Source: Parvularia atlantis (lineage: Eukaryota). Taken from it: 44,927 nucleotides of DNA. Of the stretch, positions 1 to 12,600 are shown one piece after another. Both the position numbers and the translations under genes were made by a program. Under the pieces are notes generated by a model. That model worked only from the letters and a program-made list of their open reading frames with translations. It searched no databases and had not been told where the DNA came from. Location of the stretch: NCBI GenBank assembly GCA_943704415.1, contig CALSCO010001717.1, forward strand, positions 1 through 44,927, read 5' to 3'. Position 1 is the stretch's first letter, and every line of letters begins with the position of its first letter.

Positions 1-232
1 ACGACCACGAATGATTTACACTTTTGCAGTGTTTCGTGGAGTGAAGGGACGGGTGCTGGCGCATCGCGGAGTGACACTGGCAGCACGTCATCGCGTGCTC
101 GAGCGAACGGTGGACGGACATCGTGACGGTCGAGTGCTTCGCCTCCGTCTCCTGCCAGTGGCCCTCCAAGGCATCTGGCCCTCCTCCACCGCCGTCGCCG
201 TCGTCCGGACCCTTCTTGCGCTTGGGCGGCAT
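1..232 (-). CDS. 5' part of an unknown protein with an N-terminal NLS-like motif; runs off the left edge
   Basis: ATG at 232 (minus) reads MPPKRKKGPDDGDGGGGGPDALEGHWQETEAKHSTVTMSVHRSL... with no stop before position 1. Not in the ORF track because it is open-ended. Confidence 0.5.
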   Translation of the reverse strand, partial: MPPKRKKGPDDGDGGGGGPDALEGHWQETEAKHSTVTMSVHRSLEHAMTCCQCHSAMRQHPSLHSTKHCKSVNHSWS

Positions 233-621
233 TGGGCGCCGCGCTCGCGTTATGGCACCGTTGTAGTGTCGTATTGGAGACCCCATAGTGCTTGCGGATC
301 TCCTTGCCTCGTGTGTGGTCGTTGATGCAGACATGTTTGCAGATCAGAATAGCCTAATGGTTCATGATGGTTGGAAAGACACAAGGCGCGCACTGTTATA
401 CGAACCTGTAAAGCCGAATTGCAAACATTTTGTGCAAAAGCAAACAAAGCGGAGTCGCTCACTGGAGCAGAGTGCGCAGACGGAAAAGAGAAATGGAGAG
501 AAGTGGATACTTTGCTTCATAAAGCGCGAAAAGGTCTCCACGGTGCGCCGTTGGACCACGTGGCTGCGTGCATCGCGTGTCGGCACATTGCCAGCGTGGC
601 CGTCGTCGCGCATCCGCCGTG

Positions 622-3218
622 ATGGTCGCACAGCAGCATCCTCTGGGCGGCGCCCAGCAGCAGCACCAGCAGGCGCAGCAGCAGGCGCACCAGATGCACC
701 AGCACCAGCTGCACCAGCAGCACCAGCAGCACCAGCACCAGCAGCTGCAGCACCAGCAGCACCCGCAGCAGCACCACATGCTGCAGCACCACCCGGCCCA
801 GCTCACCCCGATCGCAACGGCACCGCCCGCCACGGCCGGCGGCGCGGGCGCTGCCGTCGGCGGCGCCGTTGGGCCGGGCGCGGGCGTGGGCCCGGGCAAC
901 GCGCACCTCGCCCTGTGGAGCAAGAAGTTTGCGGCGATCAACGAGCAGACGTGGCTGCAGATCGGTGCGCCCCGCGCCCGCCGCCCCTCCGCCGCGCCCC
1001 GCCCACCGGCTGACTATGCGCGCGCGCGCGCAGGATCGCTGTCCGAGAACATGCTCGACCAGGAGCGCGCGCTGCAGAGCTACGAGAACGTGCTGCGCCA
1101 CAACCCGTACAACGTCCGCGCTCTGACCCAGATCGCCTCGTTCTGCCGCGTGCGCGAGGACTTTCCCAAGGCCCGCCGCCCCCGCGGCCCGCCCTCGCAC
1201 GTGCTTACACTGCGCACACACGGGCAGGCCGTCGAGTACTTTACGCGCATCCTCAACGTCGAGAGCAACAACGGCGAGATCTGGGGCGCGCTCGGGCACT
1301 GCTACCTCATGATGGACGACTTGCACAAGGCCTACGGCGCGTACCAGCAGGCGCTCTACCACCTGACCAACCCCAAGGTGCGCCCCGCGCTTGCACACGC
1401 GCCGCCGCGCGCGCTCACAGGCCGCGCAGGACCCCAAGCTGTGGTACGGCATCGGCATCCTCTACGACCGCTACGGCTCGTTCGAGCACGCCGAGGAGGC
1501 CTTCACGGCCGTGCTCAAGATGGACCCGCGGTTCGAGAAGGCCAACGAGATCTACTTCCGGCTCGGCATCATCTACAAGCAGCAGCAGAAGTACGCGACC
1601 AGCCTTGAGGTGCGCAGTGCCGGCCGGGGCGCACGTGGCCGGCGCGCTCACGGTCCCGCCGGGCACCGCAGTGCTTCCAGTTTATCCGCTCCAACCCGCC
1701 GACGCCCCTGACCGAGGCCGACGTCTGGTTCCAGATCGGCCACGTGTACGAGCAGCAGAAGGAGTACCAGCTGGCCAAGGAGGCGTACGAGAAAGTCCTG
1801 TTGGACAACGCGAACCACTCCAAGGTGCGCAGTCGAGCGAGCGTTGCCGTGTCCCGCCCCTCACGCCGCCGGACGCGGCTGCAGACGCTGCAGCAGCTCG
1901 GATGGCTCATGCACCAGCCTTCGCCGTTCACCGACCAGACCGTCGCCATCAAGTATCTCACGAAATCGCTCGAGTGTGGTATGTTCGCCATGGCACAATG
2001 CGCCCTCGCTCACGTGCGCGCGCGCAGACAAGGAGGACGTGCAGACGTGGTACCTGCTCGGCCGGATCTACATGGCCCAGCAGAAGTACAACAAGGCATA
2101 CGAGTGCTACCAGCAGGCCGTGTACCGCGACGGGCGCAACCCAAACTTCTGGTGCTCGATCGGTGTGCTCTACTTTCAGATCCACCAGGCACGGCCTGCC
2201 TTGGCCGGCGCGCGCTCCCTCGACAGACGGCTGATCGCCGTGGGGGTGCGCGCAGTATCGCGACGCCCTCGACGCCTACAGCAGGGCCATTCGCCTCAAC
2301 GCCAACATCTCGGAAGTCTGGTGCGGCCCGTACCAGCGCGCTTGGCCCGCGGCGCAGCGCAGCTCACGTGCCGTTGCTAAGGTTCAACCTCGGCACGCTG
2401 TACGAGGCCTGCAGCCAAGTCAGCGACGCCCTCGACGCCTACCAGCGCGCAACCGAGCTGGACCCGGGCAACACACAGATCTCGCAGCGGCTGGCGTTGA
2501 TCCGACAGGCGCACGCCAACGGCGGCCGGTGCGCAAGCGCGCTATGGAACGCCGGCAGTCTTTAACGGGCGCATCGGCTGCAGCCCGCAGGCTGCTACCG
2601 CCATGGCCACGGCCACCGCACCTGCGGTATCAGCCCAGCCGCTGGCTACGCAGGCCACGCCGGTGGACACGCACGTCAACAGCGCGTCGTCGCACGACTC
2701 ACTCGAGCGCATCACCGCCCGGCAGCTCAGCGCCGCGTCGACGACAGCAGCGCGGGAGGCCGGAGCTGATACCAAGGTGTGTGCGGTAGTGCGCTGCCGC
2801 GCGTGCGCTTGCACGTTTACGCGCACGGCACCCGCGCAGGCGACGTTGCCAGCGGTGGACGTGTCGCGCACGCAGAGCGACAGCGCAGCGTCGCTGCCGT
2901 GTGCGTGCTGTGCTGCATGCCGCTCGTGCTGTGATGCGCTTGGACCTTACGCGCACTCGTTATCGCGCAGCCATCAAGGCCGAGGTTCAGGAAGTGCCGG
3001 CGCCCTCCGACGCTGCCAGCGGTGCGTGCGCTCGCACAACGTTTGCGCTGTTCGCCTGACGCACTGTGTGAGGGCCACCGGCGGCGGCCAAGCGCGAACA
3101 CCCCGACGCGGCTGACGTCGAGCCCTCGAAGCGACCGCGCTCGAGCGACGACGCGCCTGACACCCCAAACACCCCGCCCGCTGCCCCCACCTTTGCCGAC
3201 AAGCCTGCCGCGAACTGA
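622..3218 (+). CDS. CYC8: General transcriptional corepressor Cyc8/Ssn6 (TPR repeats), 12 introns
   Basis: Spliced TPR motifs NEQTWLQIG, WGALGHCYLMMDDL, DPKLWYGIGILYDRYG, WFQIGHVYEQQK, YQQAVYRDGRNPNFWCSIGVLY and WFNLGTLYE. Q/H-rich N-terminus and a low-complexity tail with SKRPR. The 3' exons are less certain. Confidence 0.93.
655..790 (+). repeat. CAG/CAC trinucleotide repeat encoding the Gln/His tract of Cyc8
   Basis: cagcagcagcaccagcag... tract, in frame. Confidence 0.9.
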
Positions 3219-3330
3219 CGAGGTGTGCGCCGGTCGGCCGCGCCTCTTGTTGCTTCTCCGTGTGATGCGCGTACGCCTGAGAACTGTGCTTTTCGTACGC
3301 CGGCCACACACCAAGCGCGGCAGGCGCGCC

Positions 3331-3953
3331 TCAGCCGCGCTGCCGCACAACGCCAACGTCGGCCGCGCGCAGCGAGCGCTCGTGCAGCATGTAGCCCTTC
3401 TTCTGTACGAACGCGACCGTGCCGGGCGGCTTGGACGCGTCGTCCATCTCAAAAATGGCGTTGTGCAGATTGGGGTCGAACGGCTTGCCCATGGGGTCGA
3501 CGACGCGGAGGCCGTGCTTCTCGAAGACCTGCGCACGCCATTGTGAGCAGCGCCCGCGTGGCACGGGCGGCGTGGACGCGCACACGCGCACCTTGAGCAG
3601 CTCCTTCTCAGTCATCTGCACGCCCACGATCAGCTGCTGGATGTCAGCACGCCCCTCGGGCACTTCGGCGGGCGCGTTGTCGATGGCCAGGCGCAGCACG
3701 TCGGCGACCGACAGCAGCTGCGATCGGCACACGCCGGGGTCAGCCAGCGACGGCGGCGGGCCCGCGCGGACGACGCACGTCCTTGGCGAAGCCCTGGATG
3801 CCAAACTGCTTGGCGTTGTCGACGTCGCGGCGGCCGCGCGCGCGCACGTTCTCCATCTCGGCCAGGGCGCGCACGTACTTGTCCTCCAGGTCCTTGACCC
3901 TTTCCTGCAGCTGCTGGAGCTGCTGCTGCTGCTGCTGCTGCTGCTGCGCGTCC

Positions 3954-3988
<35 letters not shown>

Positions 3989-4147
3989 GGGCACAGGCGG
4001 CGCAGCGGCGTTGGGAGTGTCGGCGCGGCGGCGGGCGGCGGCGGCGTGGAAGGCGCGCGCGGGTGCGAGGCGAGGCACGGCGGCGGCGAGGCGTGGCCGG
4101 GCGGCGCTGGTGCCGGCGAGGACAAAGGCGAGGGCCACGCGCTGCAT
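3331..4147 (-). CDS. MGE1: Mitochondrial GrpE nucleotide exchange factor, 2 introns
   Basis: Ala/Arg-rich presequence, polyQ, KYVRALAEMENVR, FAKD|LLSVAD, FDPNLHNAIF and GYMLHERSLRAADVGV. Confidence 0.95.
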
Positions 4148-4232
4148 GTCGAACGGCCGAGGCGACCACGTGGGGGTGGATTGGAAGTGTGACAGAGTTT
4201 GCACCATCACCCGCCGGCGCCCAGTCAGCGCG
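4148..4232. promoter_or_regulatory. 85-nt bidirectional promoter between the GrpE and eIF2B-delta start codons
   Basis: Head-to-head ATGs at 4147 (-) and 4233 (+). Contains CCACGTGG, ATTGG (reverse CCAAT) and GAAGTGTGAC. Confidence 0.7.
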
Positions 4233-6617
4233 ATGTCGGAGCGCCCGCAGCCCCAGACCAAGGCCGAGCGCCGCGAGCTGCAGGTGCGCCCGGCCGCCAG
4301 CGACAGCGCTCGGCACCGACACGCGTGCCACGCCGACGCAGGAGCGGCAGCGCGCCGAGAAGGCCGCGCGGCTGGCCGCAGAGGGCAAGACGCCCGCGCC
4401 AAAGACGCCAAAGACACCCGCGCCAAGTGCGCCGGGCGCGGCGTCGTCCGCCGGCCCCAGCGACGGCACAAGGTCCGGCGCGTCGTCGCAGCCGATCGCC
4501 ATCCCCGCGGCGCCGCGGCAGACGAAGGACCAGCCGCCGCCGCGGGAGCAGCAGCAGTCGCCCTCGCCCAAGGGCGCCGATGCCCTGTTGCGCTCGCCCG
4601 GCGCACGGCGTGCGTGACGCGGCCCGCCGCGCGCGCCCTGTGCGAGACTCACAGTCGCACGCGCGTACGCACACAGACGAGGGCGGCGGCAGCCCGTCGT
4701 CGTCGTCGTCGTCCACGCACACTGGCGTAAAGGTGCGCCCGCGCGGCCCGCCACCCGCGACATCAGCCCAACGCGCACGCGCACACAAACAGGGCGAGCG
4801 CAAGACCGGTGCGCCCGCCAAGGGGCCCAACCCAGTGCCCGTGAGCATCCAGATGGACGACGCAAAGCTGCGCTCAAAGCTCGAGAAGGAGCAAGTTTGT
4901 CGCTCCGATGCATTTACCTGCGCTCACCGAACGCGCACACAGGTCTTCATCCGCACCGAGTCGCAGAAGCTCGTGCCGCTATTCTCGCACTTACAGCAGT
5001 ACGAGCGTGAGACTTCGCTCACGGCCGACCTGAAGCACCTTAAGAAGGGTGCGCGCCACCGCTGCTGTCCGGCCGTGCGGCTCTGAAGCCGTGCTGTGCA
5101 GCGATCCATCCGGCCATTGTGAAGCTCGGGCTCAAGTTCCAGCCAACGCCGGGCAACGAGGGCGAGGCCATCGTTGGCGCAAACGCGCGCTGCGTCGGCG
5201 TCCTGCAGGCGCTCAAGCAGGTGCGTCTCCCCGCTGCTCGCTCACACGTGTCACGGCCGCCAACGCCGCGCCGCGCGCCCAGGTCATCATGGACTACGTG
5301 CCGGCGCAGGACAAGACCATCAGCCGCCACCTGGACGCATACCTCAAGCCGCAGATCTCCTACCTGCTGCGGTCTGTGCGGTGCCGCCTCAAGCCGTGAC
5401 CGCGCGCGACTCACACACGCGCGTCCGCGCAGCTTCCGCCCCATGTCGGTCTCGATGGGCAGTGGTATCCGTTACCTCAAGAAGCAGATCAACCTCCTGC
5501 CCAACGACATGCACGCGGACGACGTACGTTGACAGCGCAAGCTCGTCGCCCGGTGGCCTCACCGCGTGCACCCCCTGGCAGGCCAAACGCACGCTCGATG
5601 AGGCCATCACGCGCTTCATCAAGGAGCGCATCTCCTTCGCCGACGAGCTCATCTCGGCCGCCGTCTCCACCAAGATCAACAACGGCGACGTCATCCTCAC
5701 CTACGCCTGGTGCTGGCGCGCCAAGCCGCGCCTCTTTGGCTCACACCGCCGTTGGCAGCTCGTCCGTTGTGCAGCACACCCTCGTGGACGCGCACAAGAA
5801 GGGCAAGCGGTTCCGCGTGATCGTTGTCGACAGCCGGCCGCGCCTTGAAGGTGCCGCCGCCGCTCAGACACCTCCGCGCCTCGCTCACGCAGGCCCAGGT
5901 CGCGTCATGCTTCGCCGGCTCGTGGCTGAGGGCGTCGACTGCCACTACGTCCTGCTGCACGCGCTGGCGTACGTCATGAAGGAGGTCGGCTGTATACAAG
6001 CCCCTGCGCTGCCGCGCACGCGATCACTCACGGTCGTGGAAATGCACAGGTCTCCAAGGTCCTCCTCGGCGGGCACGCGCTCTTCTCCAATGGCACCTTG
6101 CTCTCGCGTGCGGGCACGGCCACCGTGGCGATGACAGCGCACTCGTTCAGCGTGCCCGTCATTGTGCGCCAAAAAAAAAATTTATGCCCTGCACGCGCTC
6201 AGCCTCCTGACGCAGGTGTGCTGCGAGACGTACAAGTTCTCGGAGCGCGTGCAGCTGGACTCGTTCGTCTTCAACGAGCTGGGCGACCCGGACGAGCTCG
6301 TGGACGTGTCGCTGGGCGGGTGCGCCGCGCCTGCATCTCAGCTATGCGCCTGCTGAGTGCACGTTACCGCACAGCGCCAGCGCAGGCGACGCTGCCGACC
6401 TGCGCGCTGACGGACCGCTCAGGTGCGCCGATGCACGAAGTATTGTGCACACAACGGCTGACCGACACCACGCAGCGACTGGCGCGACATCGGGCCGCTC
6501 AAGCTCCTGTCGCTTGTGTACGACGTCACGCCGCCCGAGTACATCACAACCGTCGCCACTGAGGTCGGCCTCGTCCCATGCACCTCCGTGCCCGTCGTGC
6601 TCAGAGAATATCTGTGA
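4233..6617 (+). CDS. EIF2B4: Translation initiation factor eIF2B subunit delta, 14 introns
   Basis: [85 protein letters not shown] and [11 protein letters not shown]. Confidence 0.96.
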
Positions 6618-6626
6618 CCTGTCAGC

Positions 6627-9600
6627 TCAAGCGTACACAGTAAAGTCTGCAGTCTCTGGCACGATGGTGATGTGCGCCACCGGCTGCGACAACGACGTCT
6701 CGGGCGGCTGGGCCTTGCGCTGTTGGTCTGCAGGCGCCTGCGCACATGTGCGTCAGCACAAATGTGCAGGTGGCGAGCGACTGCACGCACCGCGTCCGCG
6801 CCGCGCGTCTCGCAGAAGCGCTCGCCAATGCGCCTGATCTGCCGCAGACGCGACGTGAAGTTGGACATGTACTCGACGTGGCTCTGCGCGGAGGTCGCAT
6901 TGTGTCAACGAGCGTGCGAGGCTGCGGCCACATGTGCGCACGTGCAAATGCGACATGTGGTTCGCGTGCAGCGCGACCTGGCGCACGAAGATCGGCGCAG
7001 AACTCGTCGACACGACCTGCGAAGCGGCATGAAGTACGAACGGAAGTCAAACAGCAGCGGCGGGCGCACCTTGGGCGTCACGAGCGGCGAGAAGTCGGGC
7101 AGGTCTGTCTTCGTCAGCATGCTCACCTGCACCGTGTCCTCGTCGAGCGGGCGTAGGACAATGTTTACAAAGTCAAACTGACTGGCGAGCGTGCCTGTGG
7201 TCGTATGTCAGAACGAATGCATTTGCAGCCACGCGAAAAGCACACCAAACGTGTACTCGGTGGAGCTGTCGTTGTACACGATCGTCACGTAGTCGTTGCC
7301 GATGTGCCGCTTCTTCATGAACCACTCCTCAGACGGCATGAGCGTCGCCACGTGGAAGATCATCTGCGTGATGTCGTCCTGCAGAACACATGAGCGACCG
7401 TGTGCGAGACAGCCATGGTCAGACACACCTGCCAGTAGTACGAAAACTCGCCGTCCGTGTCGTTCTCCGTGTCAAGGCCGCCAGTGTACACGTCCGTACA
7501 ATCTGCCGCGCACAGCCGAGTGTGACAAACTTATGGCAAAGCCAGCAAACGCGCGCGCACCCTTCAGACGCAAGAGCTTCCCGAGTGCGGACAGGAACTG
7601 GGTGTACCTGTGGCAGCGGCATTAACACGGCTGGCACGGCATGTGGCAACGCTTGTGCGCACCTGGGCGAGCCGAACGAATTGCCAAGGATGTCGGCCTC
7701 GGACATCTGACCAGGACCGACGTACACAACACCGATCTGCGCGACACGGCGTCAGCAACGCGCCCTTTGCACTAACTTACAAAGAGCGGTGCCTTGTGGA
7801 AGTCGACGGCTGGGATGCGATCGAGGTTTTTGATCGCACGCACGGTCGGCTCACCGTCGCGCAGCGGAAGCGGCACAACCGTCACAGCGCCTGTCACAGA
7901 CGACTAAGACACCAGCAAGCTCAAGGCAGGTGTCACACGCCACCTGGATACATGATCATCTGCAGGAACTGGAACGACGGCATGGCGTAAGCGTCCCGTG
8001 CGGTTGCGGTCGTGCTGCGCGCGACAGCTGTGTTTGCCGCTCCTGCGCTCTTGCGGTCCATGGACGGCTCGCTAAGCGCTGTCGCGGCACTGAGCAGCTC
8101 GCTGTGCTGTTATCAGCAGCGTGCTGACACAAGCGCAAGAGCGCGAAACGCGTACCGCAGCGGCTTGCCGGCGGCGCCAGCGTCAATGTGGGGCGACGAC
8201 TTGCGACGGCTGGCAGTAGCGGCGGCCATCGCCGCGCCCGAGTACGTCTTGGACCGCATGCGCGCCTTGTCCGCCATGTCCTTTGCGAGGTCTGCACGCG
8301 CATGCTGTCAGCTGTCAGCGGTCCGCGCCGCTACGAGCGTGCCTTCCATTGACCCGGACGGAGCTTCTACCTCCTGCAACTGTGACAAGGTCAGACCGAG
8401 GCGTGAGCAAGGCATGCTCTCCAACGGCGACGCACGTCGCTCACAAACTTGCCAGGAACGTCGACGGCAGGTGTTGTCGCCGGAAACTCCGGGAATGCTT
8501 CCGCTTGCTGTGATGTGATGTTTAGTCAGAAGCGAGGTCTTTTAGATTGCGCAACAAAGCTGCGCACCTGGCCGCCCATGGACGCTGAGCTTGAACGAGG
8601 GCGACTATCGTCGTCGATGGCCGCTTGCTCGTCTGGCTGCGATGATGTAACCATGACAAAGTCGTCGGTGTCGTGCGCCGGCTATCGATGCGAGCAAAGG
8701 TTAGCAAAAGCGGCGGCCACTTGCAGGCTCACCCCGGCATGCACGTGCATCATCAGCGTCGCCGGGAGCGACAGGAAGTCGGACTCTTGCGGAACCGTTG
8801 CACTGCGTGTGCACCGGTCAATGAACACGTTCAAGGCGAGATGTGTGCGAGCGTACCGGTTTTGCAGCCTACAAAGCCACGCCGTCGTCCCAGACGGCCG
8901 CCGTAGGGTGAGCTCCGACCAGCCCGCCGAGGTTGTGGCGATCTGTCAGCAACAAGTCAGGCTGCGTGTGCGAAAAGTGACGAGTCGTCATACCTGGAGA
9001 ATGCAGGAGCCGTACGCCCAGTAGCGGCTGGGAGCGTTCTCCATTAGTCGCTCGGCCGCGTATGATCTGTTGTTTCACGAGTGTGAGCAGGTCGAAGAGG
9101 AGACGTGTGAGCACACCGTGCTGGCTTGCTCTGGCACGCTGCGAAGGTGTGGCGGGCCAGCATTTCGAGGATGAGCTCCGTCTGCTCGGCCATGAAGGCA
9201 ACGTTTCGGTATGGCTCAAACGCGTTCAGCAGGCCTGCGAAGCAATCGCGTCAGGCCAGATGAAATCAACCATGAGCGTTCAGCTCACCCTTCGTGATGA
9301 AGGGCACATACTTACGGCGGTCGCTGACGCGCAGGCCCATGAACCACACACAGAGCACCCGGTGCGCGAGATCGCGGATGTACATCGCGTGCTGCACGGT
9401 CATCTGCAGCGTTGTGAGCAGTAGTAGGCGGCAACTTATAGCAGGCTGGTCGCACCGCGGTTGTGGCTCCCGGCTTCGTTTCGGTTAGCCTCATCGTCGG
9501 CTGTGCGGCCATACCCGCGGTGGTGCTCTGTGTGCAGAACGTTGGGTGAGTCGGTCGGGCATGGCTCTGATGCACTTCGAGTGCGCACGCTTGCTGTTGG

Positions 9601-12600
9601 CAGCGGCGCGGCCGTTGTTGGTGCTGCTGCGGCTGGCGGTCGGGCTGCGTATGCCGCCGCGCTCGTAATGTGCTGCAGCGCGATGCCGAAGATGCGCTAC
9701 GGATGGCATGGTCGCATCAGCGTTGCAAGCGCAAACGTCCGGTGGGCACCTTGTAGTCCATCTCGAAGAAGTTGATGTGCAGCTCGGGGGCCTGGATGAG
9801 GGCCGAGAGAAACTCGAGGATGTGCACGGACATGAGCGGGTTGGATGCGATCTGTGCGTATGGTGTGTCAGAAGCGCTACGTGTGTCGCTGCACGCTCGC
9901 TCGCCTGCGAGAACTTGACCAGGATCGGCGGCAGAAGCTTCTGCATCGACAGCGGCAGCTCGACACTGTGTCGCGACTGTCAAGGCAAGCGGCTGGCGTG
10001 CTGGAGCGAAAACCTGCAGATGTTGAGGGCGTGAATGCAGATCTTGGCAGTGTTGTTGAGCTTCGTCAGGCCTTTCTCGAAGCACAGGATGATCTCGTCG
10101 TGCTGAGCCTTGGCGAAGAGGTGCTTGTAGCCGAGCATGACCGCAAGCAGGTGGAACGCTTGGATGTAGACGTCTGACGGTTTCTGCCGAGCGGGGTGAG
10201 CTGTGCCTGGTTCGAGCCGGCTTGGCCGTTGACATGCCTTTGGCGAGTTGGCGGGCCACTGGTTGACACGGTCCGACAAGCTGCCCTGCAGAATGCCTTC
10301 GGTGAGCGTCGAGAGCAGCTCGCGGATCTGCACGTCTGCGCCAGCGAAGAGCGCCTGTTGCGAGCGTGTTCAGTGTGAGCAGATCGCCGCGCGGTGCGCT
10401 TGCTTTGTTGGACAGCTGTGCAGGGAAGCTGATCAGGAACGGGTACATCACGTCGAACGGCTGGACGCTGCGGAGCATGGCGACGATTGCACTGCCACGC
10501 GTGCGCGTGAGTGTGCCGCAAGCGGCGCCAAAGAGCGCTCACCTTACGTAGGCCGAAATAGGGATGACCGCGATGGGGGTGCTGCCCTGCGTACTGGGTT
10601 GCACAGAGACGTACGGAGAGTAGCTCTATGCGTGCCACCCTCTTGTCAGCGGCCCCGCGCCGATGGCTGCGTGCAACACACCGCGTCAAAGCTCGTGTTG
10701 GCGTCGGCCTTGCGCGGTGCACGGGGTGACGTCGGGCTGAGGTCGCCGGCGGCAGCGTCTGCATTAGCGCGCACGGGTTGAGCAAGCGTCTCGGCGTGTA
10801 CGTCGGTTCGCACCGCGCGACCGAGCGAGGCTGCTGGTCGGGAGCACATGCAGGCGGCCCGCGTCGGAGGCGCGCAGGCGCAGCAGGGCTGTCAGCACCT
10901 GCACGCGCACTGACACGGACATCTGCGGGCGTCGTGAGCGGCACAGCGCCCCGAGCAGGCCGCGCGCACGCCAAAGGTGCCAAGGATGCGCAGCAGCTGG
11001 TCGAAGATGCCCGTGCAGAGTGTCAGTGACACCCACAGCAGCGATGTCTCGAACACGCGCACAAGGCCCTGGGCGCACCGCATTGAGCCACTGGTTGCGC
11101 ATTTGAAGCACGCGCGCACCCCGATGGCGGCCAGCGCCGTCGTCTCGACCGGGCTGTAGACGCAGCCGATGAGCCCCTGCAGCAGGCGCTCGGTCGTGGC
11201 CTCATCCAGGTCGTGGTCGGACAGGATAATCTGCACCAGTAGCTCGACTGCGAGCCTGCGTGGCGGTGCAACGGCGTATGAGCCGCTCTGCAATGCTTGT
11301 AAGGCATGCACGCACGTGGCGACGTCGGCCTGCATCTCGTCGGCGAGGCGCGAGCGAGCAGCGGGAAGGAGAGGCGCCTGCGCGCGCGCACGCGACAACT
11401 TAGCGGCTAGCCAGCACAGACGCTCGGTGCACCTGTGCAACGGCGGCCGGGGCGGCCGTCTCGTTGGCCGACTTTGCCGCGGCCGGCCCGAGCAGGTGCG
11501 GGATAACGATGAGGCTGACCAGCGCGGTGCCGCTCACGAGGCGGGTCGCGCTGTAGGCTGCCGAGAGGAGCGACAAAGCGCGGAAGCGCACTTGCGGTCG
11601 GCCTGGCACATTCACGCGCTGTCAGTCGCGCGGTTATTGCGCCGGTGCGCCAGCGCGCACCCTCCTGCTCGTAGAAGGTCGTCATGAGCGCCTCCCAGTC
11701 GTCCAGCCACGACGGTGCGATCGGATGGATCTCCTCGGCGCGGTATGTCAGCAGATGCAGCGTAAGCGGCTCGTCCAGCTGGCTGCCGAGCATCGACAGC
11801 AGGTCAAAGTAGCTGCGGTGACGCGTCAGGCACGCTGCTGGCTACGTGAGCACACGGACCGCGCAGCCGAGCCCGCGAAGCGATCGAGCGCGTAAAAGTC
11901 GTGGATTTGGGCGATCAGCGCGGTGTACTTGGCCGAGATGGCGGCGACGGTGGTGTCGGCCGCGGTGCGCTCACGCATGTACCGCCGCTGCCCATATGCC
12001 TTGAGCGAAGTGCACGCGTGTGCGCGGCTCGCACGCACCCACAGGATGAGCATGTCGAGGATGATGTCCCACTCGACGGCCGACAGCTCCTTGCCGTACT
12101 TGCGCACGAGGCGGTGGATGCTGAGGATGACCTGGGGCGTTGCTCCACGGTGAGGCTGCCGCGGAGACGCGCGTCGTCTCGCAAGCGCACCTCGAGGTCA
12201 ACCACCGGCAGCTGGCACGCGACAGCGGCGAGGAGTGACGGCAGCACGCTTGCGAACGAGTGAAAGAGGTTGGCGATCTTCTGCGAGCTCCACGTCGCCA
12301 TGCCTTCCGGTGACCGAGCGCACCGCGGCCAGGTCAGGCGCTGGATGCCGCTGTGCGCACGCATGCGCACCGATGAAGAACACGGCACCACGCAGCAGAC
12401 CGACGCTCTCCTTGTGCTTGGGGTCCTCGATTGTCCTGTGCGGCGTCGCCGCGTCAGAAATCGTTTGAGCGCTCGTGCGCACGCACTGGCACAGCGTGCG
12501 GATCGTGCTGTGCGCGCAGTGGCTCTTGAGCAGGTTGCGCACAACGCCCCAGCTGCTCTGCGTGAAGCTGCGGTGCTCGCCGTGGTCAGCAACGCAAGAG

